From Octopus sinensis (Eukaryota), in NCBI RefSeq assembly GCF_006345805.1, contig NC_043013.1, positions 51,770,001 through 51,834,000 of the forward strand: a stretch of DNA of 64,000 bases. Direction: 5' to 3'. Shown here one piece after another: positions 35,216-46,714 of the stretch. The translations under genes were made by a program, and so were the position numbers. Each line of letters opens with the position of its first letter. The first letter of the stretch is position 1. Under the pieces are notes generated by a model. That model searched no databases. It had not been told where the DNA came from and was given only the letters and a program-made list of their open reading frames with translations.

Positions 35216-36164
35216 TATATGGTTTTTTCCCTTTTATATCTCTGAAGAATGGTTATGCAACTTCAATATGATTACCATTTCCACTTCATTCAGACAAGTT
35301 ACAGAATCATGAAACGATCCTAAGAACTTTTATGCATCTTCTTATTCTCTATTGTACAGTCATATTCCAATCATTTACATTGTAAAATAATCCTATATCT
35401 TAATATACTTCTTGTTGTGACTATTCCAAATATACTCATTCCATTCTGTCTTATATTCTAATATATATATATCATCATCATCATCGTTTAACGTCCGTTT
35501 TCCATGCTGGCATGGGTTGGATGGTTTGAATAGTGGACTGGCAAGCCAGGAGGCCGCACCAGGTTCCAGATTGATCTGGCAAGGTTTCTACAGCTGGATG
35601 CCCTTCCTAATGCCAACCATTCTGAAAGTGTAGTGGGTGCTTTTTACGTTCCACTGGCATGGGAGCCAGTCAGGTGGCACTGGCATCGACCATGTTCAGA
35701 TGGTGCTTTTTACATGCCACCGACACAGAGCCAGTTGGTGGGGGGGGGGGGGGGACTGGCATCGACTGTGTTTGGATGATGCCTCTTACATGCCACCAGC
35801 TCGGGGAGCCAGCCAGGTGGCACTGGCATTGACCCACACTTGAGTAGTGCTTATTATGTACCACCGGCACGGGTGCCAGTCAGGCAGCACTGGCATCGGC
35901 CACGACTACTATTATATATGTATGTTTATAAATGGAAGAATAGGATTAACGCATCGAGCAGATTCTACGATTTCTTCCCTTTGCATATTTTGTTGTATTT
36001 GCATCTTCTGCAATGAATGTGTATTAATGGTGCAATGGGATGCAGATGCAGTTCTGGGATGCAGATGCAGTTCTCCAGGGGGAGCTTTTTATGATATACA
36101 GACACACACACATGTATACATATGTATACAATTAAGCTTACAGACATTCAGAGGTATACTCTCT

Positions 36165-36810
36165 CTTTTACTTGTTTCAGTCATTTGACTGCGGCCATGC
36201 TGGAGCACTGCCTTTAGTCAAGGAAATCGACCCCGGGACTTATTCTCTGTAAGCCCAGTACTTATTCTATCGGTCTCTTTTGCCGAACCGCTAAGTGACA
36301 GGGACGTAAACACACCAGCATCGGTTGTCAAGCAATGCTAGGGGGACAAACACAGACACACAAACACACACACACACACATACATATATATGTATATATA
36401 TACATATATACGACAGGCTTCTTTCAGTTTCCATCTACCAAATCCACTCACAAGGCATTGGTCGGCCCGGGGCTATAGCAGAAGACACTTGCCCAAGATG
36501 CCACGCAGTGGGACTGAACCCGGAACCATGTGGTTGGTTAGCAAGCTACTTCCCACACAGTCACTCCTGCACCTATATATAAGTAATTTAAGGCAGCGAG
36601 CTGGCAGAATCGTTAGCACACCGGCTGAACTGCATAGCTGTATTTCGTCTGTCGTTACATTCTGAGTTCAAATTCCGCTGAAGTCAACTTTGCCTTTCAT
36701 CCTTTCAGGGTCGATTAAATAAGTACCAGTTATGCACTGGGGTCGATGTAATCGACTTAATCCGTTTGTCCTCTCTGTGTTTAGCCCCTTGTGGGCAATA
36801 AAGAAATAGG
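36165..36810. mobile_element. SINE family B (minus, 36165-36585) head-to-head with SINE family A (plus, 36588-36810)
   Basis: consensus matches. Confidence 0.82.
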
Positions 36811-36857
36811 TATTCTAAATATAAGTAATGTTTCCTTTCTCTCTCTTTCTCCTCCAG

Positions 36858-36974
36858 GAAAGAAATGACCAGCAACAGTGATTCTGATGTATCTTGTCGT
36901 AGACCTCCCTTATACCCATCCCGAGGTGGACTTAGTTCAGGTGACAATTCACGGCCATCAACAGTCAGAGAAGA
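36858..36974 (+). CDS. EPB41L4A: exon, KEMTSNSDSDVSCRRPPLYPSRGGLSSGDNSRPSTVRE (phase 2-2)
   Basis: ctctttctcctccag acceptor, gtaagt donor; the other two frames contain stops. Confidence 0.8.
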
Positions 36975-37451
36975 GTAAGTTGACTTCTCTTTATACATCT
37001 CTTGCATCCTTTACCCTCTCCTCTTCCTCCTCCTCCTTATTTCTTCTTCATCTTCATCTTCTGTTCCTCTTCCTTCTCTTGTTTTCCTCCATCTCTTTCT
37101 CATCTCCCTCTCTTCTTCTCCTTCACCACCTCCCCTTCTTCCTGTATAGTTTCCTTCATATTTTAGTTTTCATTCCATTAAATTTGTTAGACTGACTAAA
37201 CTTGCAACATGAAATTCTTAACCGCAAATTCATCATCATCATCTTAAGTAAGTTTTCATCCACCTCAACATCAGCTGAACAAGACTTATTGAAGCAGTGT
37301 CCTACATCTGGATGCCTTTCCTGTCACCAACCTTTACTCCTCTTCATTCTAGTAAGGTATTTTTTACTCCACTGGTTTTCACATGTTCAGCCAACAAAAC
37401 TGACAACCAGTGACTAAAAATATTAATTTAGAAAACTCATTAACCATTCAT

Positions 37452-38089
37452 CATACAATGACTGGTAGCAATTGGTGACTCACCGAAAACAAATTACTTG
37501 AACCGGATGTATGTGTACATAGTACCAGATAGGATTAGATCTAGGGACCTTTTGGTTTGAAACAAGGCACAGTGGCTCTCTACATTTACAACCTGGTCAT
37601 TGATGCTACACTGTATCTCTCAGTGGTCAGTTGTTGGTCATTTATTACAGACTGTTGTGTCCATCCCTGAACTGGTCACTATTCCAAATATACTCATTCC
37701 ATTCTGTCTTATATCCTAATATATGTATATATATATCATCATCATCATCGTTTAACGTCCGTTTTCCAGGCTGGCATGGGTTGGACGGTTTGACTAGGGG
37801 ACTGGCAAGCCAGGAGGCTGCACCAGGCTCCAGTCTGATCTGGCAAGGTTTCTACAGCTGGATGCCCTTCCTAACGCCAACCATTCTGAAAGTGTAGTGG
37901 GTGCTTTTTACGTGCCACCAGCACAAGAGCCAGTCAGGCAGCACTAGCATCGACCAAATTCAGATGTTTTTTTTATATGTGCCACCGACACAGGAGGCAG
38001 TTGGTGGTGGGGACTGGCATCGGCCACATTTGGATGGTGCTTTTTATGTGCCACCGGCATGGGGAGCCAGTCAGGCAGCACTGGCATTG
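37452..38089 (+). repeat. local duplicate of 33481-33709 fused to 35423-35831
   Basis: both blocks align nearly base for base; junction gtcact|attccaaa at 37680/37681. Confidence 0.88.
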
Positions 38090-38194
38090 TGCTTGATATG
38101 CAGCATATTTGTAAGAGATGTTTTCTGAGGACAAATACAGCAGTAACAGGTCTATGGATAGTGTCTATACATTACATATGGTTCATATATATAT

Positions 38195-38510
38195 ATCATC
38201 ATCATCATCATCATCGTTTAATGTCCGTTTTCCGCGCTAGCACGGGTTGGACGGTTCGACCGGGGTCTGGGGAGCCAGGGGCTGCTCCAGGCTCCAGTCT
38301 GATTTGGCAGTGTTTCTACAGCTGGATGCCCTTCCTAACGCCAACCACTCCGCGAGTGTAGTGGGTGCTTTTTACGTGCCACCTGCACAGGTGCCAGAGG
38401 GGTCTGGCATCGGCCACGATCGGTTGGTGCTTTTTATGTGCCACCAGCACAGAAGCCAGTCGAGGCGGTGCTGGCATCGGCCACGTTCGGATGGTGCTTT
38501 TTATGTGCCA
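38195..38510. mobile_element. RTE-related family C repeat inserted between 55-bp inverted arms (38140-38196 / 38510-38563)
   Basis: consensus match; flanks are reverse complements. Confidence 0.8.
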
Positions 38511-38832
38511 TATATATATGAATCATATGTAATGTATAGACACTATCCATAGGCCTGTTACTGCATCCCTTATATGTTTGAATGTATATTATATAGTCTA
38601 TTGACTATTTTTTTTTTTCTCACTTGACCGCTGGTAGCAGAGAATTTTTCTAGAATTTTTTTGCTACCCTAAAATTTATTAATTAATGATTTTTTGGCTA
38701 ATTTTGAAATTAAATCGGCAGTTTATATTTACTGCTGAGTAAACCGCGCGAATGCAGTGGATTTTGAAAATTTATAGCATTTAGATTCGAGGCATGCTCG
38801 TTGTCGCCTCGTGAATATATGGTAGTCCTTGG

Positions 38833-38929
38833 CTTTTCTGCTGATGAGTGCAACGCCAGTGTTAAATAAATTTAATTTAATTTAATTTACTTACAAAAGA
38901 TTGCCGAAACTATGCATAGTCCAGAAAGG
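38833..38929 (+). ncRNA. type I hammerhead ribozyme motif, complete, sense to the host pre-mRNA
   Basis: CUUUUCUG-CUGAUGA-GUGCAA..47-nt loop..UUGCC-GAAA-CUAUGCAUAG-UC/CAGAAAGG: 8-bp stem I, intact core, G-C closed stem II, palindromic stem III, GUC triplet. Confidence 0.8.
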
Positions 38930-38965
38930 AAATGGTAAACGTTTTTATTTCTCTTTCCATTTCAG

Positions 38966-39007
38966 AATTACAACTATTAGTGGTTTGGAGTTTAGATGCT
39001 CTTTCTA
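38966..39007 (+). CDS. EPB41L4A: candidate 42-nt cassette exon, ITTISGLEFRCSF (phase 2-2)
   Basis: strong pyrimidine tract plus ttcag and gtgagt donor, frame-preserving; no recognisable homology and possibly TE-derived. Confidence 0.35.
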
Positions 39008-39045
39008 GTGAGTCGGATGTCCTATTATGGCCATCCCTTATATGT

Positions 39046-39080
<35 letters not shown>

Positions 39081-39344
39081 TGTGGACTAAAGTCCCTATA
39101 GACAGGCCCTTGATATTTAAAACAAAAGTGTTTATGGTATGCAAATTAGTAACACCAGTTTTTCTGTTGTTGCTGTAATTGTTGAGTATAGAAATAGATT
39201 GGCTGCTTGTCTCTCTGGGACTGGCTAAATTAATGTAGATGCCTCTAATGAGGAGCCAATCAAGGTTGTTCATCATTTTTTCAGTCTATGGAGAAACAGC
39301 TGAATTAGCCTGGTTTATAAAGGTACTATATTAGTTACATATAT

Positions 39345-39700
39345 ATAGGCGCAGGAGTGGCTGTGTGGTAAGAAGCTTGCTTACCAACTACATGGTTCCG
39401 GATTCCGGGCAAGTGTCTTGTGTTATAGCCTCGGGCCGACCAAAGCCTTGTGAGTGGATTTTGCAGATGGAAACTGAAAGAAGCCCATCGTATATATGTA
39501 TATTATATATATATGTGCGTTTGTGTGTCTGTGTTTGTCCCCCCAACATCGCTTAACAACCGATGCTGGTGTGTTTACATCCCCATAACTTAGAATAAGT
39601 ACCAGGCTTACAAAGAATAAGTTGTGGTGTTGATTTGCTTGACTAAAAGGCAGTGCTCCAGCATGGTCACAGTCAAACGACTGATACAAGTAAAAGAGTA
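39345..39700 (+). mobile_element. SINE family B with internal deletions
   Basis: consensus match. Confidence 0.8.
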
Positions 39701-39706
39701 TATATA

Positions 39707-39924
39707 CATGAGGGGGTGCTGAAAAGTTCCTGGCTTTGGGTAAAAGAAAATAGAGGAGGATCAGTTAATTAGGAGTTTATTCAAAATATTCCCCTCTCAG
39801 ATTCACACGCTTATTGCAGCAGTCCTTCAGTTTTTCTAAGATCTGTAAAAGGACTTGGATGGTTGGGCCTTCAACCAGGCCTTTCACAATACCCTTAAAG
39901 CCGGGCTCCTTTCAACACCCCCTT
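39707..39924. mobile_element. mariner-derived MITE; inverted second copy at about 50636-50832
   Basis: TIRs gagggggtgctgaaaagttcctggcttt / aaagccgggctcctttcaacaccccct, TA flanks; copy 2 keeps LEKLKDRCNKCVNL.., typical of a mariner C-terminus. Confidence 0.72.
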
Positions 39925-39978
39925 ATATTGTAATGTCTGTGTATTTGATGATGACAGCTGTTTATATTTCTCTTTTAG

Positions 39979-40065
39979 TACCGTCTCTCCAAGTCATTCT
40001 TCTACAACTGTTGGCGGAGGTGGAGTTGGTGCTGCAGCTGATGGGCTCCAGAAACGGAGAAGACG
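39979..40065 (+). CDS. EPB41L4A: exon, TVSPSHSSTTVGGGGVGAAADGLQKRRR-R (phase 2-2)
   Basis: tctcttttag acceptor, gtgagt donor, basic run continues into the next exon. Confidence 0.8.
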
Positions 40066-40219
40066 GTGAGTTGGGGACTGTTGTGGTTGTTATCAACAGA
40101 ATCAGATGTGTCTGTGGTTTTGTTTTGTATTGGAGACATTTTAGATTATCAGCTCTGTTGTGTGTGTGTATGTTGGTATGTGAATGTACATCTGAGTCAT
40201 TGTGTGACGTTAGTGTCTA

Positions 40220-40820
40220 TCATCATCATCATCGTTTAACGTCCACCTCTCATGCTGGCATGGGTGGGATGGTTTGACAGGGGCCAGCCAGGCAAGAGCC
40301 TACACCAAACCTCTGTGTCTGTTTTGGCAGGAGTTTTACAGCTGGATGCCCTTCCTAACACCAACCCCACATAATGGACTGAGTGCTTTTTATGTGGCAC
40401 CAGCACAGGGGAGGTCAGTTTTGGCACAGTTCCTACAACTGGATGCCCTTCCAAATGCCAACCACTTTACAGTGTGGACTGGATGCTTTTTACATGGCAT
40501 CAGCACTGGCAGAGTCACCAAGTATGAGTGTGTATTTGTGTCATGTGATATTGGTGTATTGTGTGTATCATCATCATCATTGTTTAACGTCCGTTTTCTA
40601 TGCTAGCATGGGTTGGATGGTTTCACCGGGGTCTGGGAAGCCAGGAGGCTGCACCAGGCTCCAGTCTGATCTGGCAGTGTTTCTACAGCTGGATGCCCTT
40701 CCTAACGCCAACCACTCTTTGAGTGTAGTGGATGCTTTTTACGTGCCACCGGCACAGGTGCCAGTGGAGGCTGGCAATGGCAACAATCGGTTGGTGCTTT
40801 TTACGTGCCACCGGCACGGT
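40220..40820. mobile_element. cluster of RTE-related family C repeats
   Basis: catcatcatcgtttaacgtcc heads at about 40225 and 40570. Confidence 0.8.
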
Positions 40821-41160
40821 CTAAATGCCATTTTATGGTGTGTGTGTCTTGTATATGTGTGTGTATGTACTTATGTTGTATGTGTGTGCATGTACTTATG
40901 TTGTATGTGTGTGTTGTGTGACATTGTAAAATGCTTAGCAGTATTATGTCTGTTTTTACGTTCCGAGTTCAAATCCCACAAAGATCAGTTTTGCCTTTCA
41001 TCCATTTGAGGCGAGTAAAATAAGTGCCAGTTGATTGCTGGGGTCGATATAATTGACTTACCCCTTCCCTGATATTACTGGCCTTGTGCCTAAATCTGAA
41101 ATCAGTATTTTTTGGATAGTTGTTTCTTATTTTTATTGCTGTTTTTTTTTTTTTTTTCAG

Positions 41161-41217
41161 AAGACGAAGTAAATCTCCAAACAGACGTCCTCCTGAAGAA
41201 CTAAAAAACCATTTTGT
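41161..41217 (+). CDS. EPB41L4A: exon, RRSKSPNRRPPEELKNHF-V (phase 2-2)
   Basis: poly-T plus cag acceptor, gtacgt donor, resembles human RSRSRSP...EELWKHI. Confidence 0.88.
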
Positions 41218-41251
41218 GTACGTTCAGCAAGTTTTTATTGCTTTGTTGTTG

Positions 41252-41299
<48 letters not shown>

Positions 41300-41684
41300 T
41301 AAGGCAGCGAGCTGGCAGAATCGTTAGCACAATGGATGAAATGCTTAACGATATTTCAGCTGTCCTTATGTTCTGAGTTCAAATTCCACCAAGGCCGACT
41401 TTGCCTTTAATCCTTTCGGGGTCAATGAAATAAGTACCAGTTGCGTCCTGGAGGCGATCTAATCAACTGGCGCTCTCCCACAAAATTTCAGGCCTTGTGC
41501 CTAGAGTAGAAAGGAATATATTTTATTTCTTGCCTGAAGATCTTGGGCATCCACCAAAGAAACTCAGAGTAGCAGGAGACTGACCAAAAGAAAATGTGTG
41601 TTTGTATGTACCAAGAATTTCTGCTGTGTCTATATGTCATATGTGTGTTGGTTCCACATATATATATATATATATATATATATG

Positions 41685-42015
41685 AGGAGACCCCCTTCAG
41701 TCATGAATGACCATGGGATTGCACCTAGAAAGTTACCCTCCAAGGCACAAGTCCGGGCAAGGTTGTTTGTGGAAGGCCAGCACTCGCCCATGCATACCAG
41801 CCTCCCTGCTCTATACCACTGATGTTATTCAAGGAAAGGCAAAGGCCGATACAGCTTGGCACCAGTGATGTCGCAACTCATTTCTACAGCTGAGTTAACT
41901 AGAGCAACGTGAAATAAAGTGTCTTGCTCAAGAACACAACACACAGCCTGGTCTGGGAATCGAACTCACAACCTCACGATCGTAAGCTCGATGCTCTAAC
42001 TACTGAGCCATATGC
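41685..42015 (-). mobile_element. tRNA-derived SINE family D, near full length
   Basis: minus strand tggctcagtagttagagc (A box) and gagttcgattcc (B box) then ttgtgttcttgagcaagacactt. Confidence 0.82.
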
Positions 42016-42077
42016 CTTCACATATATATGTGTGTGTGTGTGTATATATTGATAAATTTTATTTAATCTCATTGCAG

Positions 42078-42146
42078 CTACAACTTGATTGAGACTGAAG
42101 ATTGGCCTGAAGATCAACTGAGGGAAATTCCTTACACAAAAGTAGA
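42078..42146 (+). CDS. EPB41L4A: exon, YNLIETEDWPEDQLREIPYTKV-E (phase 2-2)
   Basis: cattgcag acceptor, gtaagt donor, resembles human EEQLKEIPYTKIE. Confidence 0.92.
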
Positions 42147-42189
42147 GTAAGTAGAATGTCTTTGTGGTTTTGGTGCCAACCATTTTGGT

Positions 42190-42700
42190 TGTAGGATATC
42201 CTGAGTATTGATATAGCTGTTACTTGAGCTGTTATGGGTAATGCGACCCACATATTGGGATAGAGTTTACTTTGGATTGTTACAGGTACTGCTACCCTGG
42301 GTGGATATCCTGGGTATTAGTATAAAGTAACTTTGGACTGTTATGGGTACTACTGTAGTGGATAGCTACCTTGGGTATTGATATAGAGATTCACCTGGGT
42401 ACTTATAAAGCAGGTACCTTGAATTGTTTTAGATGATTTTGTGACATATCTGTTCTGAGTGTTGTTTAGAAGGGTTTTGTGTTATGCATTGATATGTGGG
42501 TACCTGTTTGGGGTTCTAGAATAGGGGGTTAACTTGGTCTGTTCTAGGTGCTAATACAAACGATATATATATTGGTATAGGGGTACCTGTTTGGTTCTAG
42601 TGAAGAGTTGCAGTGTAGTGAGTACTAGTTTAGGAGATTTGTAGAATGGGTGCTAGTATAGAGGTGGTGAGTATTAACAGTTTAAACCTGATGTTTATGC
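42190..42700. repeat. degenerate G-rich tandem repeat (~55-60-bp unit)
   Basis: recurrent gggtattgatatagag..ttggactgttatgggtact. Confidence 0.55.
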
Positions 42701-42979
42701 TGTCTCCAGATAGACCTTATGAGCACTTGATTTGTTGGTAGGTTGGTATGTAAATAGCTAGCGAATTAAGTAAATAAATATGCAGGTCCATAGGTAGGTA
42801 GTTAGACTGTGGCCTTTGTGATAAGCTGTTGATATCCATCACAAAGAAATAAATGTCTTTTTAATGTTTGTAGACAATTGCATGGTTAAAACTAGTGACA
42901 AAACAAATTTAGCACACTATTGAGATAGGAAAATTGTGGTAGATGTGGTTAAGATTCAAGGTACCTCAGTTACTTACCA

Positions 42980-43215
42980 GGTACCCCAGCACCTAACCAC
43001 TCATCCTGTCATGCCCTAATATCTAACCCACCCAGTTTTATACCTTGGTACTTAATCCATCCACCCAGTAACATATTTCACTACATAACCCATTCACCCG
43101 ATCAAGTACCCTAAAAATTAACCCATTCACCCAATTATGTTTATTCATGACCTAACCCTCCTATCCATGTACCCCTATATCTAACCCATCCACCCACTTA
43201 TGTACCTCCACAGTT
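42980..43215. repeat. degenerate C-rich tandem repeat (~35-40-bp unit) just upstream of an exon
   Basis: recurrent ctaacccatccaccc. Confidence 0.6.
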
Positions 43216-43263
43216 CTTAATCCTTAATAACTAATTGTTATTCCTCTCAAATGTTTTCCGCAG

Positions 43264-43341
43264 GACAAAGAGCCAACCTTTCCGAATCAAACATTCTCCA
43301 AAATCAAAGCATTATGCCAAATCCAGGAGTCGCAGCTGTGG
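43264..43341 (+). CDS. EPB41L4A: exon, TKSQPFRIKHSPKSKHYAKSRSRSC-G (phase 2-2)
   Basis: ttttccgcag acceptor, gtaagt donor, resembles human TQGDPIRIRHSHSP. Confidence 0.88.
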
Positions 43342-44305
43342 GTAAGTAACACCACCACCACCACCATCTTCTCTGCCTTTGTATTATTTCACAGTCACAC
43401 ATCATATGTAGGATGTTTTCTGTGGTTGCTTTACCTGCTAAACATAGCAGCCAAATCACACTAGGTTACATAACACTAAATGTTGACCACAGTCCAATGA
43501 CTGAAACAAGTAAACGATAAAAGATAGACATACAAGGCTGCATGGATGGAATGGCCACAGATGGAACGTCTTTGATCTGCTAGGTCAATACTGATCTGTG
43601 ACTAAATAACACCATGATGAAGTATTAGTTTCTGTAGACCTAATAGTAGACATACAAGCGTGTCAAACTTACCTATTTCTCTGTAGACTAAAAAAAAAAC
43701 AAATTTATGAACAGCTTTAATCGATTTTTGAACCTTGTTGAACTCTCATCAGAGGCATCTACATATATTTGACTAATCCCAGAGAAACAATCAGTTTATA
43801 TAGACATCAACTCCAGTAGTTGCAGAGAAATGGAGCTACTGATTTGCATACCACAAGTGTTTAGCACTATATTTGATACCAGTTTCAGATTTTGGCTCAA
43901 AGCCCGGAATTATGAGGGGAGGAGTGGGGTAAGTCAATTACATTGAACCCAGTGCTCAACTGGTACTTTAACGATCTTGAAAGGATGAAAGTCAACTTCA
44001 TTAGAATCTGGACTCAGAACATAAATAAGGACAAAATGCCACAGAGCTTTTTGCCCAACGTGTGAACAATTCTACTAGTTCACTGCCTTATCATTTTATT
44101 TAATATCAGCAGCCGGTCAGCAGGGATATCGGCCCACACAATGGTATGATATACATAAACCTACATTGACCTGACTGTTAAATTTTCACTTGTAAAGACA
44201 AAATTAGTTATTAGAATTCCTAGACAGACCAGACTCGATGGACTAGAATGCCACAATTGGAATGTCTTTCATCATTGGTCTGCATTAATCAGATGTGACT
44301 TGTGG

Positions 44306-44530
44306 CGAGCTGGCAGAATTGTTAGCACGCCAGGCGAAATGTGTAGCTGTATTTCGTCTGCAGTTACATTCTGAGTTCAAATTCCGCCAAGGTCAACCTT
44401 GCCTTTCATCCTTTCGGGGTGGATAAATTAAGGACCAGTTACGCACTGGGATCGATATAATCGACTTAATCCATTTGTCTGTCCTTGTTTATCCTCTCTG
44501 TGTTTGGCCCCTTGTGGATAGTAAAGAAAT
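44306..44530 (+). mobile_element. SINE family A with 15-bp TSD agatgtgacttgtgg
   Basis: TSD at 44291-44305 and 44531-44545. Confidence 0.88.
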
Positions 44531-44629
44531 AGATGTGACTTGTGGTTAAGCAACAATATAATGCAATGAAGCATTTCTTTCTGTAACAAACATTAATGTC
44601 GATCTGACTGTTTAGTTTTTCACTTGCAG

Positions 44630-44857
44630 AGACAAAATCGGTTCTCGGAATCCCCAGTCATCCATTCACGGACTTGAGGAAGAGGAAGAAGAAGTAGAAG
44701 GACTGGGTGAAACAAACGATGGCAATTTGTCCCCCTATAGTAGACATTCTAAGGAGACATCTCCCCCGCCTCCAGCATACAGTTCCTTAAATGAACCAGT
44801 GAGCATCAGAAAAGACCAGGTGAAAGCTACTCCTGTGAATGTATCTTCTAATTACAG
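44630..44857 (+). CDS. EPB41L4A: exon, DKIGSRNPQSSIHGLEEEEEEVEG...SPPPPAYSSLNEPVSIRKDQVKATPVNVSSNY (phase 2-2)
   Basis: cacttgcag acceptor, gtgagt donor, 228 nt open in the required phase. Confidence 0.85.
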
Positions 44858-45714
44858 GTGAGTACTAATTAATGAGTTATCTCTGATTACTTTAGTGGCA
44901 TCTTATCCACTGAGTGCTCAGCTGCCATTAGAGAAGAGTTAAATAGTTAGGTCATTGATGGTGAATACTTATTATTGGGTTACCTGTATTTACTTACCTG
45001 AAATATTAGCTAACTCAGAATCTGTGCACACCTGTAATTATTTTAATATAATGTCAGTTGTATATCTACTGAGTTAGCTGTCATTTGGTGAGAACACCAG
45101 ATGCATTTCAGCCTCATTGGGCATTATCAATGGTATGCACTCACAGCCACTCACCTTTACATGGTGTGATTGCAAACAATAATTGTCTGAATTTTACATC
45201 CAGTTTTGTAGAAGGAGCTCAAAATACACAAGACACCTTGTAAACCCATCAGATACAAACCATCACCTTTTTCAGACACTGATCAGCTTTTTGAGTGAAA
45301 GGTGGTTTATTTCGTTTCCTATTTTCATTACACATTCTTGTAAACAATCCATTTTTCATAACAGTGATCGTTCTTTTCTAAAATGGCCTTATAACACTCA
45401 TATGAGATATGTGGAATATCTCTAAGATATTTCATGCCATGTAACCTGAATTATTTTTGATTAGTATTTCAGTTTGGCCATCATCAATGACTATAAGCCT
45501 GCTAGTATCTTCTCTACTCACATTTCTCTCCCCGCTCTCTAACAAAAGTATAACAGGTGAACCAACAAACAGATTATTAAATATTAATTTGAAGTATTCT
45601 TTGGTAGAATTCATATTAAGATTTCTTCATATTTTTCAAGAAAAAGGTCTGCAATGGCTTTGAAATTTCAGCTTTCTTGCAATTATGAATGGACTATTTT
45701 GCTTGTTGTTACAG

Positions 45715-45781
45715 ATACCAAACTACTGAAACGGTGGAACCTTCCCCTACTATCACACAAGACCCATCAATGAGTCATAAG
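45715..45781 (+). CDS. EPB41L4A: exon, YQTTETVEPSPTITQDPSMSHK (phase 2-0)
   Basis: gttacag acceptor, gtaagt donor; the other frames contain stops. Confidence 0.75.
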
Positions 45782-45924
45782 GTAAGTCACCTTCCTAATA
45801 ACAGCATTCTTTCTTATCTTTTTACTTGTTTCAGTTGTTGGACATTTAAACACATAAGAGTTGTACATAATAGGACTCCTTGCACGCTAGAAAGAGCAGT
45901 TATATTCCAAACCACTATATATAT

Positions 45925-46300
45925 ATGTAGGAGTGGCTGTGTGGTAAGTAGCTTGCTTACCAACCACATAGTCATGGATTCAGTCCCACTGCATGGCACC
46001 TTGGGCAAGTGTCTTCTACTATAGCCTTGGGTTGACCAAAGCCTTGTGCATGGATTTAGTAGACAGAAACTGAAAGAAGCCAATCGTATATATATATGTG
46101 TGTGTGTGCCTGTGTTTGTCCCCCCAACATCGCTTGACAACTGATGCTGGTGTGTTTATGTCCCCGTAACTTAACAGTTTGGCAAAAGAGACTGATAGAA
46201 TAAGTACTAGGCTTACAAACAATAAACTCTGGGGTCGATTCACTCAACTAAAGGCGGTGCTCCAGCATTGCCGCGGTCAAATGACTGAAACAAGTAAAAG
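45925..46300 (+). mobile_element. SINE family B
   Basis: consensus match. Confidence 0.85.
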
Positions 46301-46714
46301 AAAAAAAAGAAAAAATATGTATATATTCATGCATACATATACACATCATCAGCTAATATCCATTTTCCATACTGGCATATATAAACATATATACACACAT
46401 ATAAAATATATATACAGCACAGGCTTCTGCAGAGTTTTTACTAATAATTTCCCATCACAAAGTCTCATCCAACTTGAGTTCATGGTAAAAAAACACTATT
46501 TGTCACAGGTGCTGTGCAGTGGGATTGAACCTGGATCCACATGATTGTGAAGCAGTCTTCTTAATCACACAGCTATACCATCTTTCTCAGAGCAGCCTTT
46601 ATTCTGGAACTCACTTCCTGTTCATTGTGTTTTTCTCCAAATACATTCAGCAATATAGGTTTGACCCTTTTGCATTCAGACAACTCTGTCAAATGAAACG
46701 CTTATTTATTTACA

